Positions 50,678-60,171 of a DNA stretch of 64,000 bases are shown here, piece after piece. This DNA comes from an uncultured Actinomycetes bacterium (GTDB taxonomy: Bacteria > Actinomycetota > Thermoleophilia > Gaiellales > Gaiellaceae), in assembly GCA_963830835.1 (NCBI GenBank), contig CAWHNJ010000022.1, positions 67,434 to 131,433 on the forward strand, written 5' to 3'. The notes beneath the pieces are model-generated. The model saw only the letters and a program-made list of their open reading frames with translations, was not told where the DNA came from and did no database searches. Both the position numbers and the translations under genes were made by a program. How positions within the stretch are numbered: the stretch's first letter is position 1; every line of letters starts with the position of its first letter.

Positions 50678-51142
50678 CTATCGCCGCAACGCTTCGAGAC
50701 GGTCGAGGCTCTCGCGCGGCCACAGCTTGTCCGTGTCGTAGTAGACCTTGTACGCCGGGACCCCTTCCGGCAGCGCGACCCATGGCAGTTTCGAGCGAGT
50801 GAAGATGTGGACGTCCGGCTCCACGCTCGACGGGTCGTCGAGCGTGCCCGCGCGGACGAAGCGGACCTTGGGGCTCGTGTACTTGCTGTAGACGGCGATC
50901 TGGCACGTGGGACAGCGCCAGATCCGCTGCTTGCCCCGGTCGCGTGGCACGTCGACGGGCTCCGGCTCCCCCGCGAGGAGCTCGACGCGATCGGTCTCGA
51001 TGAGAACGTTGATGACGAACGCGCTGCCCGTCTGCCGCTGGCAATTCAGGCAGTGACAGCAATGGGTGAAGAGCGGATCGGCGCTCAGCCGGTAGCGGAC
51101 CGCTCCACAGGAGCACCCACCTTCGCGTACGGGATCCGCCAC
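50678..51142 (-). CDS. GFA (glutathione-dependent formaldehyde-activating / CENP-V) family protein
   Basis: GGCSCGAVRYRL...HCCHCLNCQRQTGSAF...WRCPTCQIAVYS (zinc-binding Cys clusters). Intact. Confidence 0.85.
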   Translation of the reverse strand: MADPVREGGCSCGAVRYRLSADPLFTHCCHCLNCQRQTGSAFVINVLIETDRVELLAGEPEPVDVPRDRGKQRIWRCPTCQIAVYSKYTSPKVRFVRAGTLDDPSSVEPDVHIFTRSKLPWVALPEGVPAYKVYYDTDKLWPRESLDRLEALRR

Positions 51143-51144
51143 CG

Positions 51145-51387
51145 CTACTGCTCGTAGTTCTCGACGACGCCGGAGGGCCTGGCGGCAGCCGCCCCGGGAT
51201 CGAGGCCGGCCTCGCGCAGGGCGCGGCGCTGGCGCAACAGGTCCCAGCATTGGTCGAGCGAGACCTTCAGCTTGTCGAGACGTTGCCGGTCGGCGTCGGT
51301 CGCGCTTCCGGCTGCCTCTCGTTCCCACAGCTCGTGCTCCTCGGCGACGAGTTGCTCGATCGTGCCGTGGATCTGGGCATCGTCCAT
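51145..51387 (-). CDS. DUF2630 family protein
   Basis: MDDAQIHGTIEQLVAEEHELWERE...LDQCWDLLRQRRALREAGLDP...VVENYEQ. Confidence 0.6.
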   Translation of the reverse strand: MDDAQIHGTIEQLVAEEHELWEREAAGSATDADRQRLDKLKVSLDQCWDLLRQRRALREAGLDPGAAAARPSGVVENYEQ

Positions 51388-51484
51388 GTCGCTCCCTCCC
51401 GAGGTTGTCCTCTCGAGGGAGGAGGCTAGCTCAGCAACACGAGTCGGGAAGGCCATATGACGTCCCTGCGACAGAGAGAACCGG

Positions 51485-52852
51485 CTAAACGGCTTCCGCA
51501 GGCTCCGCCGCCCACGCTGGCAGCAGGCCGCCCTTCGAGAGGATCTCGTTCCGCGACGCTTCGAGCTGGGCAAAAGTGCGGTCGAGATCGACGCCGACGA
51601 GCTTGCCTCCCCGCTTGACCGTCTTGCCCGCGACGAGCACCGTGTCGACGTTCGACGTATCCGCGAAGACGACGATCGTCCCCACGGGATCGATCATCGG
51701 TGCCGTGTTGATCGCGTTCGTCTGCAGGAGGACGATGTCGGCCTGCTTGCCAGGTGCGAGTGACCCGACCTTGTCCTCGAGCCCGCACGCGCGCGCTCCG
51801 TCGATCGTCGCGAACTCGAGCACGTCCTTGTAGGACAGGCTCGGCTCGAAGGGCTCGTCCGGCGAGTCGGTGAACTCCCCGATCCGGTCGTGAACGAGCG
51901 CCGTCCGCATCTGCGTGAACATCTCGCCGGGCACGCTCGAGACGACATCGACGCTCAGCGACGGACGAACGCCGCGGGCGAGCAGCTTGCCCGTCGGCGG
52001 AGGCCCGTGGCCCATGAGCATCTCCACGTAGGGAGCGACCGACGCGGTCCCTCCCGACTCGGCGATCAGGTCGAGCTCCTCGTCGGTGGAATCCGTGCAG
52101 TGGATGTACGTCGTGTCCGGCCCCAGCAGGCCGAGATCGTCGATGTTCTTCACGTGGTTGACGTGCACGCCGGTCAGCCGCATCCCGACGTGGACGCTGA
52201 TCCGGATGCCGAGATCTCTGGCCAGCTCCCAATCGTGCTTCGCGACCTCGAAGTTCGAGTTTCCCGGCGCGCGGGCAGCGAGTGCGAGCGTCGTGAGCTG
52301 ATCGTCGGACGAGAAGTACGTCTCGCGGATGCGGCGGACGTCCTCGGGATGCTCCAACTCGCTGAACGCCCACCACTCGCCGCCGGTCGGGACGCCGTGT
52401 GCGTAGACGGCGCGGATACCACTGGCACGCAGCCCCTCGATGGCGGCGTCCGAATGGTCGGGGGTGTTGCTGATGTGCGACCAGTCGAGGATCGTCGTGA
52501 CGCCGCCGTTCAGCGCCTCGAGCGTTCCCGCGTAGTTCCCGATCTGGACGTCCTCGGGCCGGTAGTGCCCGCCGACGCTGCCGAGCATCACGGCGAAGTA
52601 GTGGTCCAACGTGCAACACGGAAGGATGCCGCGCACCGGCGTCTGCCAGACATGGCGGTGCGTGTCCACGAACCCCGGCATGACAATCATGCCCGCGGCA
52701 TCGATCTCCTCCGCGTCCGACACGGAGAGGCCGGGGCCGACCTCCACGATCTTCCCGTCTTCGACGAGGACGTCGGCGCCGGCGACGTCGCCAACGGCCG
52801 GATCCATCGAGACGACGAACCCGTTACGGATGACGAGTCGGTGCGCGCCCAC
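51485..52852 (-). CDS. Amidohydrolase-superfamily enzyme (chlorohydrolase/deaminase-like)
   Basis: MPGFVDTHRHVWQT (HxH) ...ISVHVGM...YIHCTD...LSVDVVSS...GSLAPGKQADIVLL. Intact, 455 aa. Confidence 0.88.
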   Translation of the reverse strand: MGAHRLVIRNGFVVSMDPAVGDVAGADVLVEDGKIVEVGPGLSVSDAEEIDAAGMIVMPGFVDTHRHVWQTPVRGILPCCTLDHYFAVMLGSVGGHYRPEDVQIGNYAGTLEALNGGVTTILDWSHISNTPDHSDAAIEGLRASGIRAVYAHGVPTGGEWWAFSELEHPEDVRRIRETYFSSDDQLTTLALAARAPGNSNFEVAKHDWELARDLGIRISVHVGMRLTGVHVNHVKNIDDLGLLGPDTTYIHCTDSTDEELDLIAESGGTASVAPYVEMLMGHGPPPTGKLLARGVRPSLSVDVVSSVPGEMFTQMRTALVHDRIGEFTDSPDEPFEPSLSYKDVLEFATIDGARACGLEDKVGSLAPGKQADIVLLQTNAINTAPMIDPVGTIVVFADTSNVDTVLVAGKTVKRGGKLVGVDLDRTFAQLEASRNEILSKGGLLPAWAAEPAEAV

Positions 52853-52866
52853 TCCGCCTCGCGCGT

Positions 52867-54066
52867 CTACGAGCCGACCGCCGCGGGGACGGCGGCAGCG
52901 TCGATCTGGAGCCCCGGGTCAGCAGCCCGAACCTGCGTGGTGGGGACGCCGAGCTCCTCACGGACGACGTTCGCGCCCTGCGCGAGAGCCGCGGCCTTGT
53001 AGAGCGCGATCGGGCGCGGCACGCCCTGGCGCCCGAAGCCGCAGTCCGAGGACAGCACGAGGTACTCCGGCTCGATGTGCTCGAGCGCCAGCCGTATGTC
53101 GGCAGCCACCTCCTCCGCGGTCTCCACTTGGAGCGCCCTGTGGCTGATCATCCCGACGGCGATCTTCTTCGTGAGCTTGCCCTTGTAGGCCCCGAGCTTC
53201 GGCAGCAGCTGGTGGCCGTTGTGCTTCGACTCGATCGTCCAGACGTCGGCGTTGATGCGGTCGAGGTAAATCTCGAGCGAGGGCTCGTACGAGATGCTGG
53301 GGTCGAAGCAGTGCTGCGCACCTGGGTTGCCCCAGCACGTGTGCACCCAGATCTCCGCCTCGAGACCCTCGACGGTGTAGTTGAAGAGATCGACGAAGAA
53401 GTCGAGCGTCGCCTCGTCCGCCCCCCACGCTGCGGCGCTGTGGATTGCCGGCTCTTCGATCTGGACGACCTTGCAGCCGGCTGACACGAGCTCGCGCAAC
53501 TCGCCGTTCAGCACGCCCGCGAGGTCCCACATGAGCTCCCGCTTGTCGTCGTCGTATGCGTCGGTCTTCACCGTGAGCACCGTCGAGGCGAGATCCGCCG
53601 CGATCGTGCCGAACTTCACCGGCCTCTCCGTCCTCGACTGCGCGACGCGCCACACCTTCGCGAACTCGAGCGGCACACGAGGGGCGATCTTGTCGACGAT
53701 GGCGTGGTACTTCCAGCCGCCGACGATCTCGTTGAGCCAGGTGCCGACGGGATACGTCCAGCCGGCCGTCGTCTCCGTGTCGAACTCCGAGATTCCGCTC
53801 AGGCGCTCGCTGGGGTAGGAGAACCACGAGCGGCCGGCGAGGTCGAAGTCCAGGTGGTAATCACCGTTCGTGAGGATGTCGAGGCCCGCGAGCTCCTGAT
53901 CCGAGATCACCGTGGCGACCGCGTCGAGGTGCTGCTCGCGGTAGTCGACATCACCCAACCCGGTCGAGTACGGCCGCTCGAACAGGTTCCCCGTGTACCA
54001 CTTCGGTCGCGGCCACGATCCGGTCACGGTCGTCGGAAGCATGAGGTCCTTCGTGGCTGTCAGCAT
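52867..54066 (-). CDS. Cobalamin-independent methionine synthase (MetE C-terminal, Meth_synt_2)-like methyltransferase
   Basis: LPTTVTGSWPRPKWY...ILTNGDYH...VVQIEEPAIH...VHTCWGN...DCGFGRQG. Intact, 399 aa. Confidence 0.8.
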   Translation of the reverse strand: MLTATKDLMLPTTVTGSWPRPKWYTGNLFERPYSTGLGDVDYREQHLDAVATVISDQELAGLDILTNGDYHLDFDLAGRSWFSYPSERLSGISEFDTETTAGWTYPVGTWLNEIVGGWKYHAIVDKIAPRVPLEFAKVWRVAQSRTERPVKFGTIAADLASTVLTVKTDAYDDDKRELMWDLAGVLNGELRELVSAGCKVVQIEEPAIHSAAAWGADEATLDFFVDLFNYTVEGLEAEIWVHTCWGNPGAQHCFDPSISYEPSLEIYLDRINADVWTIESKHNGHQLLPKLGAYKGKLTKKIAVGMISHRALQVETAEEVAADIRLALEHIEPEYLVLSSDCGFGRQGVPRPIALYKAAALAQGANVVREELGVPTTQVRAADPGLQIDAAAVPAAVGS

Positions 54067-54141
54067 CGCGCCTGACTCCTTTCGGCAGGGCAGCGTGTTT
54101 AGGCGTCTCGTGAAGTCACGCTGAACGTAACAGACTGCAGG

Positions 54142-55020
54142 TCATCGATCCCGGATCACCCTGGCGACGCTCGCGAAGTCGGCATCCTCGAGGCCGAGCT
54201 CGCAGGCGCGCGCAAGGACCTCGTCCGCTGCCTGCGTCGCCTTCATCTCCACTCCAAGGTCGTCCGCAAGCCGACGTGCGAGCTGGAGATCCTTTCGCAT
54301 CAGGCTCACCGTGAAGGCGACCGGCGTCTCCTCGGGTTGCAGGAACGCGTTTCGCTTGTAGAGCACGTACGGCGCCGCGAGCGCTCCGCCGGCGAAGACG
54401 TCGTAGGCGGCCTCGCGCTCGATTCCCGCGCCCTCGGCGAGCACGAGCCCCTCGGCGATCGCCTCGTTGAAGACGGCGATTGCCGAGTTCACGGCGAGCT
54501 TCATCGCGGCGCCGGCTCCTGCGCCGCCGAGGTGGAACTGCTTGGTCGATATCGCGTCGAGCACCGGCTTCGCGCGCGCGATTGCGCTCGGCTCCCCTCC
54601 GAGCATCAGCGCCAGCTCGCCCTTCTCGGCCAACGCCGTGCTCCCCGAGACGGGCGCGTCGATCCAGTGGCCGCCCCGTTCCGAGACCGCTCGGTCGAAC
54701 TCGAGCGCGGCGGTCGGCCCGATCGTGCTCGTGTCGACGACGATCGCACCCGGCCGAAGACCGGCGAGCAGCCCGTCGTCGCCATGGAGGACTGCTCCGA
54801 GGGCATCGGCGTCCGCGACCATCGTGACGACGACATCGGACCGTTCGGCGAGCTCCTTCGGCGTCTCTGCTGCGGCGGCGCCGACCGCCGTGCACGGCTC
54901 CAGTCGCTCGGCCGTGCGATTCCACACGGTGAGCGGCAACCCCGCATCCACGATCCTGAGGGCCATCGGCGTCCCCATGCGGCCGAGGCCCGCGAAGCCG
55001 ACGGTCAGGCGCTCGGTCAC
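54142..55020 (-). CDS. NAD(P)-dependent beta-hydroxyacid (3-hydroxyisobutyrate-type) dehydrogenase
   Basis: VGFAGLGRMGTPMALRI...VDTSTIGP...WIDAPVSGS...AMKLAVN. The GTG start overlaps the upstream stop (GTGA). Confidence 0.88.
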   Translation of the reverse strand: MTERLTVGFAGLGRMGTPMALRIVDAGLPLTVWNRTAERLEPCTAVGAAAAETPKELAERSDVVVTMVADADALGAVLHGDDGLLAGLRPGAIVVDTSTIGPTAALEFDRAVSERGGHWIDAPVSGSTALAEKGELALMLGGEPSAIARAKPVLDAISTKQFHLGGAGAGAAMKLAVNSAIAVFNEAIAEGLVLAEGAGIEREAAYDVFAGGALAAPYVLYKRNAFLQPEETPVAFTVSLMRKDLQLARRLADDLGVEMKATQAADEVLARACELGLEDADFASVARVIRDR

Positions 55021-55931
55021 GTCGTCGTCGTCTCGACTCCCGACTCGAGCCGCTCCGCGAGGTAGTCCCAGTCGCGGTTGAAGCGGTACGAGTGGCGGTC
55101 GGGGGGCCCTGGAGCCGACGTCTCGAGCCACCTCACGTGAACGCCACGGGTGTTGTAGAACGCGTGGATACAGCCCACCCCGGTCCAGAACACGTCCCCG
55201 GGCCGCAGGGTGTAGCGCTCGTCGTCGGCGACCACGTCCACTTCGCCTTCGAGCATGTAGTACGACTCCTCGAAGGGATGGTCGTGCGGGAGCGCCTGGC
55301 CCGTCTCCTGGTACTGCACCATGAACATCGTGTGGAGATGGGCGTCGAGGCGCCGGTCGACGAGCATCTTCACGGCGATCCCGCTGTACGCGAGCAGCGC
55401 CGTAGCCATGCTCGCCGAGACGGTCGGCTGCTCGACAGGCGCACCCTGCTTGAGCTCGTCGACGTCCATCTGCCAGTCGTCGAGCCTGAAGAGCGTGCGG
55501 TTCCTCGGGTCGCGCACGTCGAGCGGCGCCGGCGGCGATGACGGAACAGGGCCGAGGAAGTACGTGTCCGGCTGGCCCTGCCCTGGGCGCCGTGGCTGCG
55601 GGGAGGCCATGTCGATCCAGACCGCGCGGTCGTCGCCACGCCACGCGTGCGGAACGCCGACCGGCACGACGCCGCACGCGCCGGGCAGCAGCGTGACTCC
55701 GCGCCCGTCGAAGTACAGCACCGGGGCGCCATCGAGGACGTAGAAGCTCTCCTCGAACGAGTGGACGTGCACGTCGATGTGGCCGTCCTCGAGGGCAGAC
55801 AGGCCGAGCCCCATGTGCACGGAGCCCGTCGAGCCGTCGATCAGCGCCGCGCGCTCGAAGCCATCGCTGCGTGACTCGTACTCCGGCTCGAGGACGATGT
55901 CCTCGCGCCGCATCAGGTGGTGTCTCGTCAC
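55017..55931 (-). CDS. Bicupin protein
   Basis: Two cupin modules: VHVHSFEESFYVLDGAPVLYFDGRGVTLLPGACGVVPVGVPHAW and LPHDHPFEESYYMLEGEVDVVADDERYTLRPGDVFWTGVGCIHAF. Confidence 0.7.
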   Translation of the reverse strand: MTRHHLMRREDIVLEPEYESRSDGFERAALIDGSTGSVHMGLGLSALEDGHIDVHVHSFEESFYVLDGAPVLYFDGRGVTLLPGACGVVPVGVPHAWRGDDRAVWIDMASPQPRRPGQGQPDTYFLGPVPSSPPAPLDVRDPRNRTLFRLDDWQMDVDELKQGAPVEQPTVSASMATALLAYSGIAVKMLVDRRLDAHLHTMFMVQYQETGQALPHDHPFEESYYMLEGEVDVVADDERYTLRPGDVFWTGVGCIHAFYNTRGVHVRWLETSAPGPPDRHSYRFNRDWDYLAERLESGVETTTT

Positions 55932-56623
55932 TGCATCATCCAGCCGCCGTCGACGTCGAGGTTGACGCCGTTCACGGCCGGGTTCTCGAGCAGGAAGATC
56001 GACGCGTCGACGATGTCGGAGGTCATGACGTTCCGGCCCGTCGGCGTGCGAGCGCGCACGTTCTCGCAATGCTCCTCCTTGCCGCTCCAGAAGGGCGTGT
56101 CGGCCACGATCCCGGGGTGGATGGCGTTCACCCGAACGGGCGCGAGCTCGAGCGCCATCGTCCGGATCATCGTCGACACGGCGCCGTTCACCGTCGAAAC
56201 CGTCGTCGAGCCGGGATACGGCCGGTCCTTCGCGAGCCCGCCGAAGAGGAGAATCGACGCGTCAGGCCCGAACCGGCCCGCGAGCTGGTGGACGACCTCC
56301 GTGTAGCCGACGAGCTTGAGCGTGACGAGCCGGATTGCCTGGTCGACGTCGTAGTCGGCGACGGAGTTCTGGTCACGATCGACGGCGACGAGCGCGAGTC
56401 GGTCGACCGTCTCGATCTCGCGCAGGGCGTCGCCGATCGACGCCGGTTCTGCCAGGTCGAGGACGATGCTCCGGACGCCGTCCCCGATCTCGGCAGCACT
56501 CGACGCGCACCTCTCATCGTCGCGGCCCGTGATCGCGACGCCAGCGCCCCGCGAGCGGTAGGTCTTCGCGAGCTCGAAGCCGAGGCCCGAGGTGCCTCCG
56601 ATCACGACGACGCTAGTGGCCAT
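55928..56623 (-). CDS. SDR-family oxidoreductase
   Basis: VVVIGGTSGLGFELAK (TGxxxGxG) ...RVNAIHPGIVADTPF.... Intact. Confidence 0.88.
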   Translation of the reverse strand: MATSVVVIGGTSGLGFELAKTYRSRGAGVAITGRDDERCASSAAEIGDGVRSIVLDLAEPASIGDALREIETVDRLALVAVDRDQNSVADYDVDQAIRLVTLKLVGYTEVVHQLAGRFGPDASILLFGGLAKDRPYPGSTTVSTVNGAVSTMIRTMALELAPVRVNAIHPGIVADTPFWSGKEEHCENVRARTPTGRNVMTSDIVDASIFLLENPAVNGVNLDVDGGWMMQ

Positions 56624-56707
56624 CTCGCTCCTTCGATTTGATCACATTGAGCAGTGCAGGCCCAGATTCGACGCAACTCTACAGCCGGACGATCGTATAG
56701 TCAGTCC

Positions 56708-57348
56708 ATGGCAGGACCGGCACCGGCAGTCGCAGAGCCCTCCGTTCCAGAGACGCTCGGCGCGAGGATCCGCCACGAACGGCAGGCGGCAGGGCTCACC
56801 GGTCGCAAGCTCGCCGCCCGCATCGCGGTGTCGCCGAGCCTCATCTCGCAGATCGAACGCGGCCGCGCGACTCCTTCCGTCGCCACGCTCTGGGCGATTG
56901 CGACCGAGCTGGGCATCCCCGTCGGCGACCTGTTCAGCGACGCGGAAGCGGCGTTCGGCCCGTCTGCGTCGACCACGCCGGTCCAGCCACGCGGGACGCG
57001 GACGGCGATCACGCTCGCGGGCGGCATTCGGTGGGAGCGCCTGACGCCCGCAACCGACCACGAGGTCGACTTCATCTATGTCGTCTACCCGGTCGGATCG
57101 GAGTCGTGCCCCCCGACGCGCTGTCCCAGCACGGCGGCAGGGAGTACGGCTACGTGATCAGCGGAAAGCTTGGCGTGCAGATCGGGTTCGACGAGTACGC
57201 GCTGCGAGCCGGCGACTCGATCAGCTTCGAGTCGCACAGGCCACATCGTCTATGGGCTATGGGGAAGGAACCGGCAGTGGCCGTCTGGACCGTGCTCAAC
57301 CGGAAGGGCGACGAGCGCGGAGAGCTGCTCCGCGACAGCGCCACCTGA
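56708..57348 (+). CDS. XRE-HTH plus cupin transcriptional regulator (copy 1), frameshift near 57100
   Basis: LGARIRHERQAAGLTGRKLAARIAVSPSLISQIERGRATPSVATLWAIATELG...GIRWERLT...FIYVVYPVGSES / HGGREYGYVISGKLGVQIGFDEYALRAGDSISFESHRPHRLW. Confidence 0.8.
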
Positions 57349-57351
57349 GAG

Positions 57352-58314
57352 TCACTGCCTGGCGAGCACGTCCGCCACGATGCGGTCGGCACCGGGCAGG
57401 AAGTCGTCCTCGAGCGGCGGGCTGTACGGGATCGGCGTGTTCGGCGTCGTGATTCGCCACGCGTCGTCGAGGTCGCCGAGCCCCTGCTCCACCACGAGGG
57501 CGAGCACCTCGCCGGCCCAGCCACCGGTCAGCGGCCCCTCCTCCACGACTGCGACGCGGTTCGTCTTCACGACCGACGCCATCACCGTCTCGATGTCGAC
57601 CGGGCGAAGCGTTCGGAGGTCGACGACCTCGGCGCTGACGCCTTCCGCCGCCAGGCGCTCGGCTGCTTCGAGGCAGTCGTGGACGCCTTTCATGGCGCTG
57701 ACCAGCGTTATGTCGTCCCCATCGCGAACGAGCTCCGCCCGCCCGATCGGGACGGGCTCGGTCCCGACCTCTCCCTTCAGGGGGTACAGGCGCTTGTGCT
57801 CGAGGAAGACGACAGGGTCGTCGTCCCGGATGGCGGCCTTCAGCAGTCCCTTCGCGTCCCCAGCGGTCGCCGGTGCGACGAGCTTCAGGCCGGTGATGCC
57901 CATGAGCCACGATGCGGGCATCTGCGAGTGGATGGCGCCGAAGCGGCCACCCGCGCCGACGACCGATCGGATGACCACGGGACAGCCGTGGCGCTCGCGG
58001 GTCAGGAACCAGTGTTTCGTCATCTGGTTGATGACGCCGTCCATCGAGAGCGCGAGGAAGTCGCCGAACATGATCTCCAGCACGGGTCGCAGGCCCGTGA
58101 TCGCAGCTCCGTAGGCGGCGCCGGTGAGGGCGAGCTCCGAGATCGGCGTGTCGAAGACGCGTCGCTCGCCGTACTTCTCGTAGAGCCCCGGCGTGACGGC
58201 GAACACTCCCCCAGCGATGGCCACGTCCTCGCCGAAGAAGATCACACGCTCGTCCCGCTCGAGCTCCTCGTCGAGAGCCTGCCGCACCGCTTCCCGGAAC
58301 TCGATCTCCGCCAC
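57352..58314 (-). CDS. 2-oxoacid dehydrogenase E1 beta subunit (set 2)
   Basis: MAEIEFREAVRQALDEELERDERVIFFGEDV...DTPISELALTGAAYGAA...IHSQMPASW...PIPYSPPLED. Intact. Confidence 0.93.
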   Translation of the reverse strand: MAEIEFREAVRQALDEELERDERVIFFGEDVAIAGGVFAVTPGLYEKYGERRVFDTPISELALTGAAYGAAITGLRPVLEIMFGDFLALSMDGVINQMTKHWFLTRERHGCPVVIRSVVGAGGRFGAIHSQMPASWLMGITGLKLVAPATAGDAKGLLKAAIRDDDPVVFLEHKRLYPLKGEVGTEPVPIGRAELVRDGDDITLVSAMKGVHDCLEAAERLAAEGVSAEVVDLRTLRPVDIETVMASVVKTNRVAVVEEGPLTGGWAGEVLALVVEQGLGDLDDAWRITTPNTPIPYSPPLEDDFLPGADRIVADVLARQ

Positions 58315-58323
58315 GACTCCTCC

Positions 58324-59520
58324 TTATTCGGCGACGAGGGCAGCGGGGCTCTCGAGCAGCTCCCGGAGCCGCTCGAGGAAGCGCGCGGCCTCGGCGCCGT
58401 AGACGACGCGATGATCGCAGGAGAGCGTTACGTCCATCGACCGTCGCGCGACGATGGCTCCGTCCTCGGCGACGAACGGGCGCGGCGCGACGTCGCCGAC
58501 CGCGAGCAGGGCAACCTGCGGGGGATTGATCACGGCGTGGAAGCGGCGGACGCCGAACATGCCGAGGTTCGACACCGTGAACGTGCCGTCGGCGAGGTCG
58601 GCCGGTGCGAGACGGCGTTCCCGCGCTGCTTCCGCGAGGCGTCGCGACTCGGCCGCGATGGACAGGAGGGGCTTGCGGTCCGCGTCGTGGATCGTCGGCA
58701 CGAGGAGCGCGTCGGGCGCGTCGACGGCGACACCGATGTTGATGCGGTCGTGCTGAATCGACTTCCCCGGCTCGTAGGACGCGTTCAGGGCAGGGAAGTC
58801 CCGGAGCGCGAGCGCCGCAGCACGGACGACGAGATCGTTGAAGGACGGCACCGGCGCACGTCCTGCGTCCCGGAGCTCGTCACGAAGCGTCGCCGCGGCT
58901 TCCATCGCGATCTCGACCTCGAGCGTGAACTCCGGAATGGACGATCGCGACTCGGCCATCCGCTCTGCGATCCTGCGTTGCGTCGGGCTCTGCTCGACAA
59001 CGATCGGCGCGCCACGGCCGTCGCCGTCCGCGGCCGCTTCCGCCTCTCCGCCGCCCGCGGCGGCCTCGACGTCCGAGACCACGATGCGACCGCCCGGACC
59101 GGTGCCGTCGATCTCGTCCAACGCGACGTTCAGCTGATCAGCGAGCTTGCGCGCGACCGGCGTCGCCCGTGCGCGTCCCGTGCGCGGAGCCGGACGCGAC
59201 TTCGCAGGTTCCGGCGCGCGTTCTGTTCGATCCGCCGGCTTCGGCGCGGGAGCCGCCGCCCGGCTCTGCGCGGCAGCGTCCGGCCGGATGCGTGCGATGA
59301 GGGCGCCGAGCTCGGCGGTCTCACCGTCCGCGACGACGATCTCCTCGAGGGTGCCGTCCACCTCGGCCTCGTAGACGACCGTCGCCTTGTCCGTCTCGAC
59401 CTCGACCAGCGGCTCGCCTCGGGCGAAGCGCTCCCCCGGCTCCTTCAGCCACGTGAGAATCGTCGCCTCCTCCATGGAGTCGGAAAGCCGCGGCATTCCG
59501 ATGTCGACGACGTCGCCCAC
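58324..59520 (-). CDS. Dihydrolipoamide acyltransferase E2 (set 2)
   Basis: DIGMPRLSDSMEEATILTWLKEPGERFARGEPLVEVETDKATVVYEA (lipoyl), ATPVARKLADQLNVALDEIDGTGPGGRIVVSDVE (PSBD), SNLGMFGV...LSCDHRVVYGAEAARFL (catalytic). Confidence 0.9.
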   Translation of the reverse strand: MGDVVDIGMPRLSDSMEEATILTWLKEPGERFARGEPLVEVETDKATVVYEAEVDGTLEEIVVADGETAELGALIARIRPDAAAQSRAAAPAPKPADRTERAPEPAKSRPAPRTGRARATPVARKLADQLNVALDEIDGTGPGGRIVVSDVEAAAGGGEAEAAADGDGRGAPIVVEQSPTQRRIAERMAESRSSIPEFTLEVEIAMEAAATLRDELRDAGRAPVPSFNDLVVRAAALALRDFPALNASYEPGKSIQHDRINIGVAVDAPDALLVPTIHDADRKPLLSIAAESRRLAEAARERRLAPADLADGTFTVSNLGMFGVRRFHAVINPPQVALLAVGDVAPRPFVAEDGAIVARRSMDVTLSCDHRVVYGAEAARFLERLRELLESPAALVAE

Positions 59521-59525
59521 GAGCG

Positions 59526-60171
59526 CTACAACTGACGACCGAGAACGATCCAGACGGCCGTCACAGCCTCGCTGCCGTCGTTGTGCAGCCGGTGAGGCAC
59601 GGAGGACTCGAAGCACACGGAGTCGCCCGGCCCGAGCACGTACTCCTCGAAGCCGAGCGTCACGGTGAGCTCTCCTTCCCGGACGAAGCCGAGCTCCTTC
59701 CCGTTGTGCCGCACGAGCGCATCGGCCGGGGCCGACTCGCTCCCCGGTGGGTACACGACGTAGAGGAACTCGACACCCGGCACGTCGCGCGTCGTCAGGC
59801 GCTCCCAGCGAACGCCGGTCTCCAGGTCGATGCCGCGTGCGCTCGTTCGCTCGCTGGACGAAGCGGTTGCCGTCCTCTTCGGCGGAGCTCCAGCCGTCCT
59901 CCACGGCGGTCGCCGCCGCCTCTCCGTTGTCCGAAGGTGGGGCCTCGTCGGGCTCCACGTGGTGAAACACCTCGTCCATCGACACCCCGAGCTCGCTCAC
60001 GACCGCATAGAGCGTCCGCACGGACGGCTGGATCCGTCCCGTCTCGATCTGCGAGAGGAGGCTCGGCGAGACGTCGAGCCTGCGGGCCAGAGCACGGAGG
60101 CTGAGCCCGCGCTCGAGGCGTGTCCGGCGAAGGTTCTCCCCCAGCGGGGCTAGAGGCCGGGTCGCGCTCAC
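59526..60171 (-). CDS. XRE-HTH plus cupin transcriptional regulator (copy 2) embedded between E1 alpha and E2, frameshift near 59835
   Basis: LGENLRRTRLERGLSLRALARRLDVSPSLLSQIETGRIQPSVRTLYAVVSELG... / IDLETGVRWERLT...FLYVVYPPGSES...HNGKELGFVREGELTVTLGFEEYVLGPGDSVCFESSVPHRL. Confidence 0.8.
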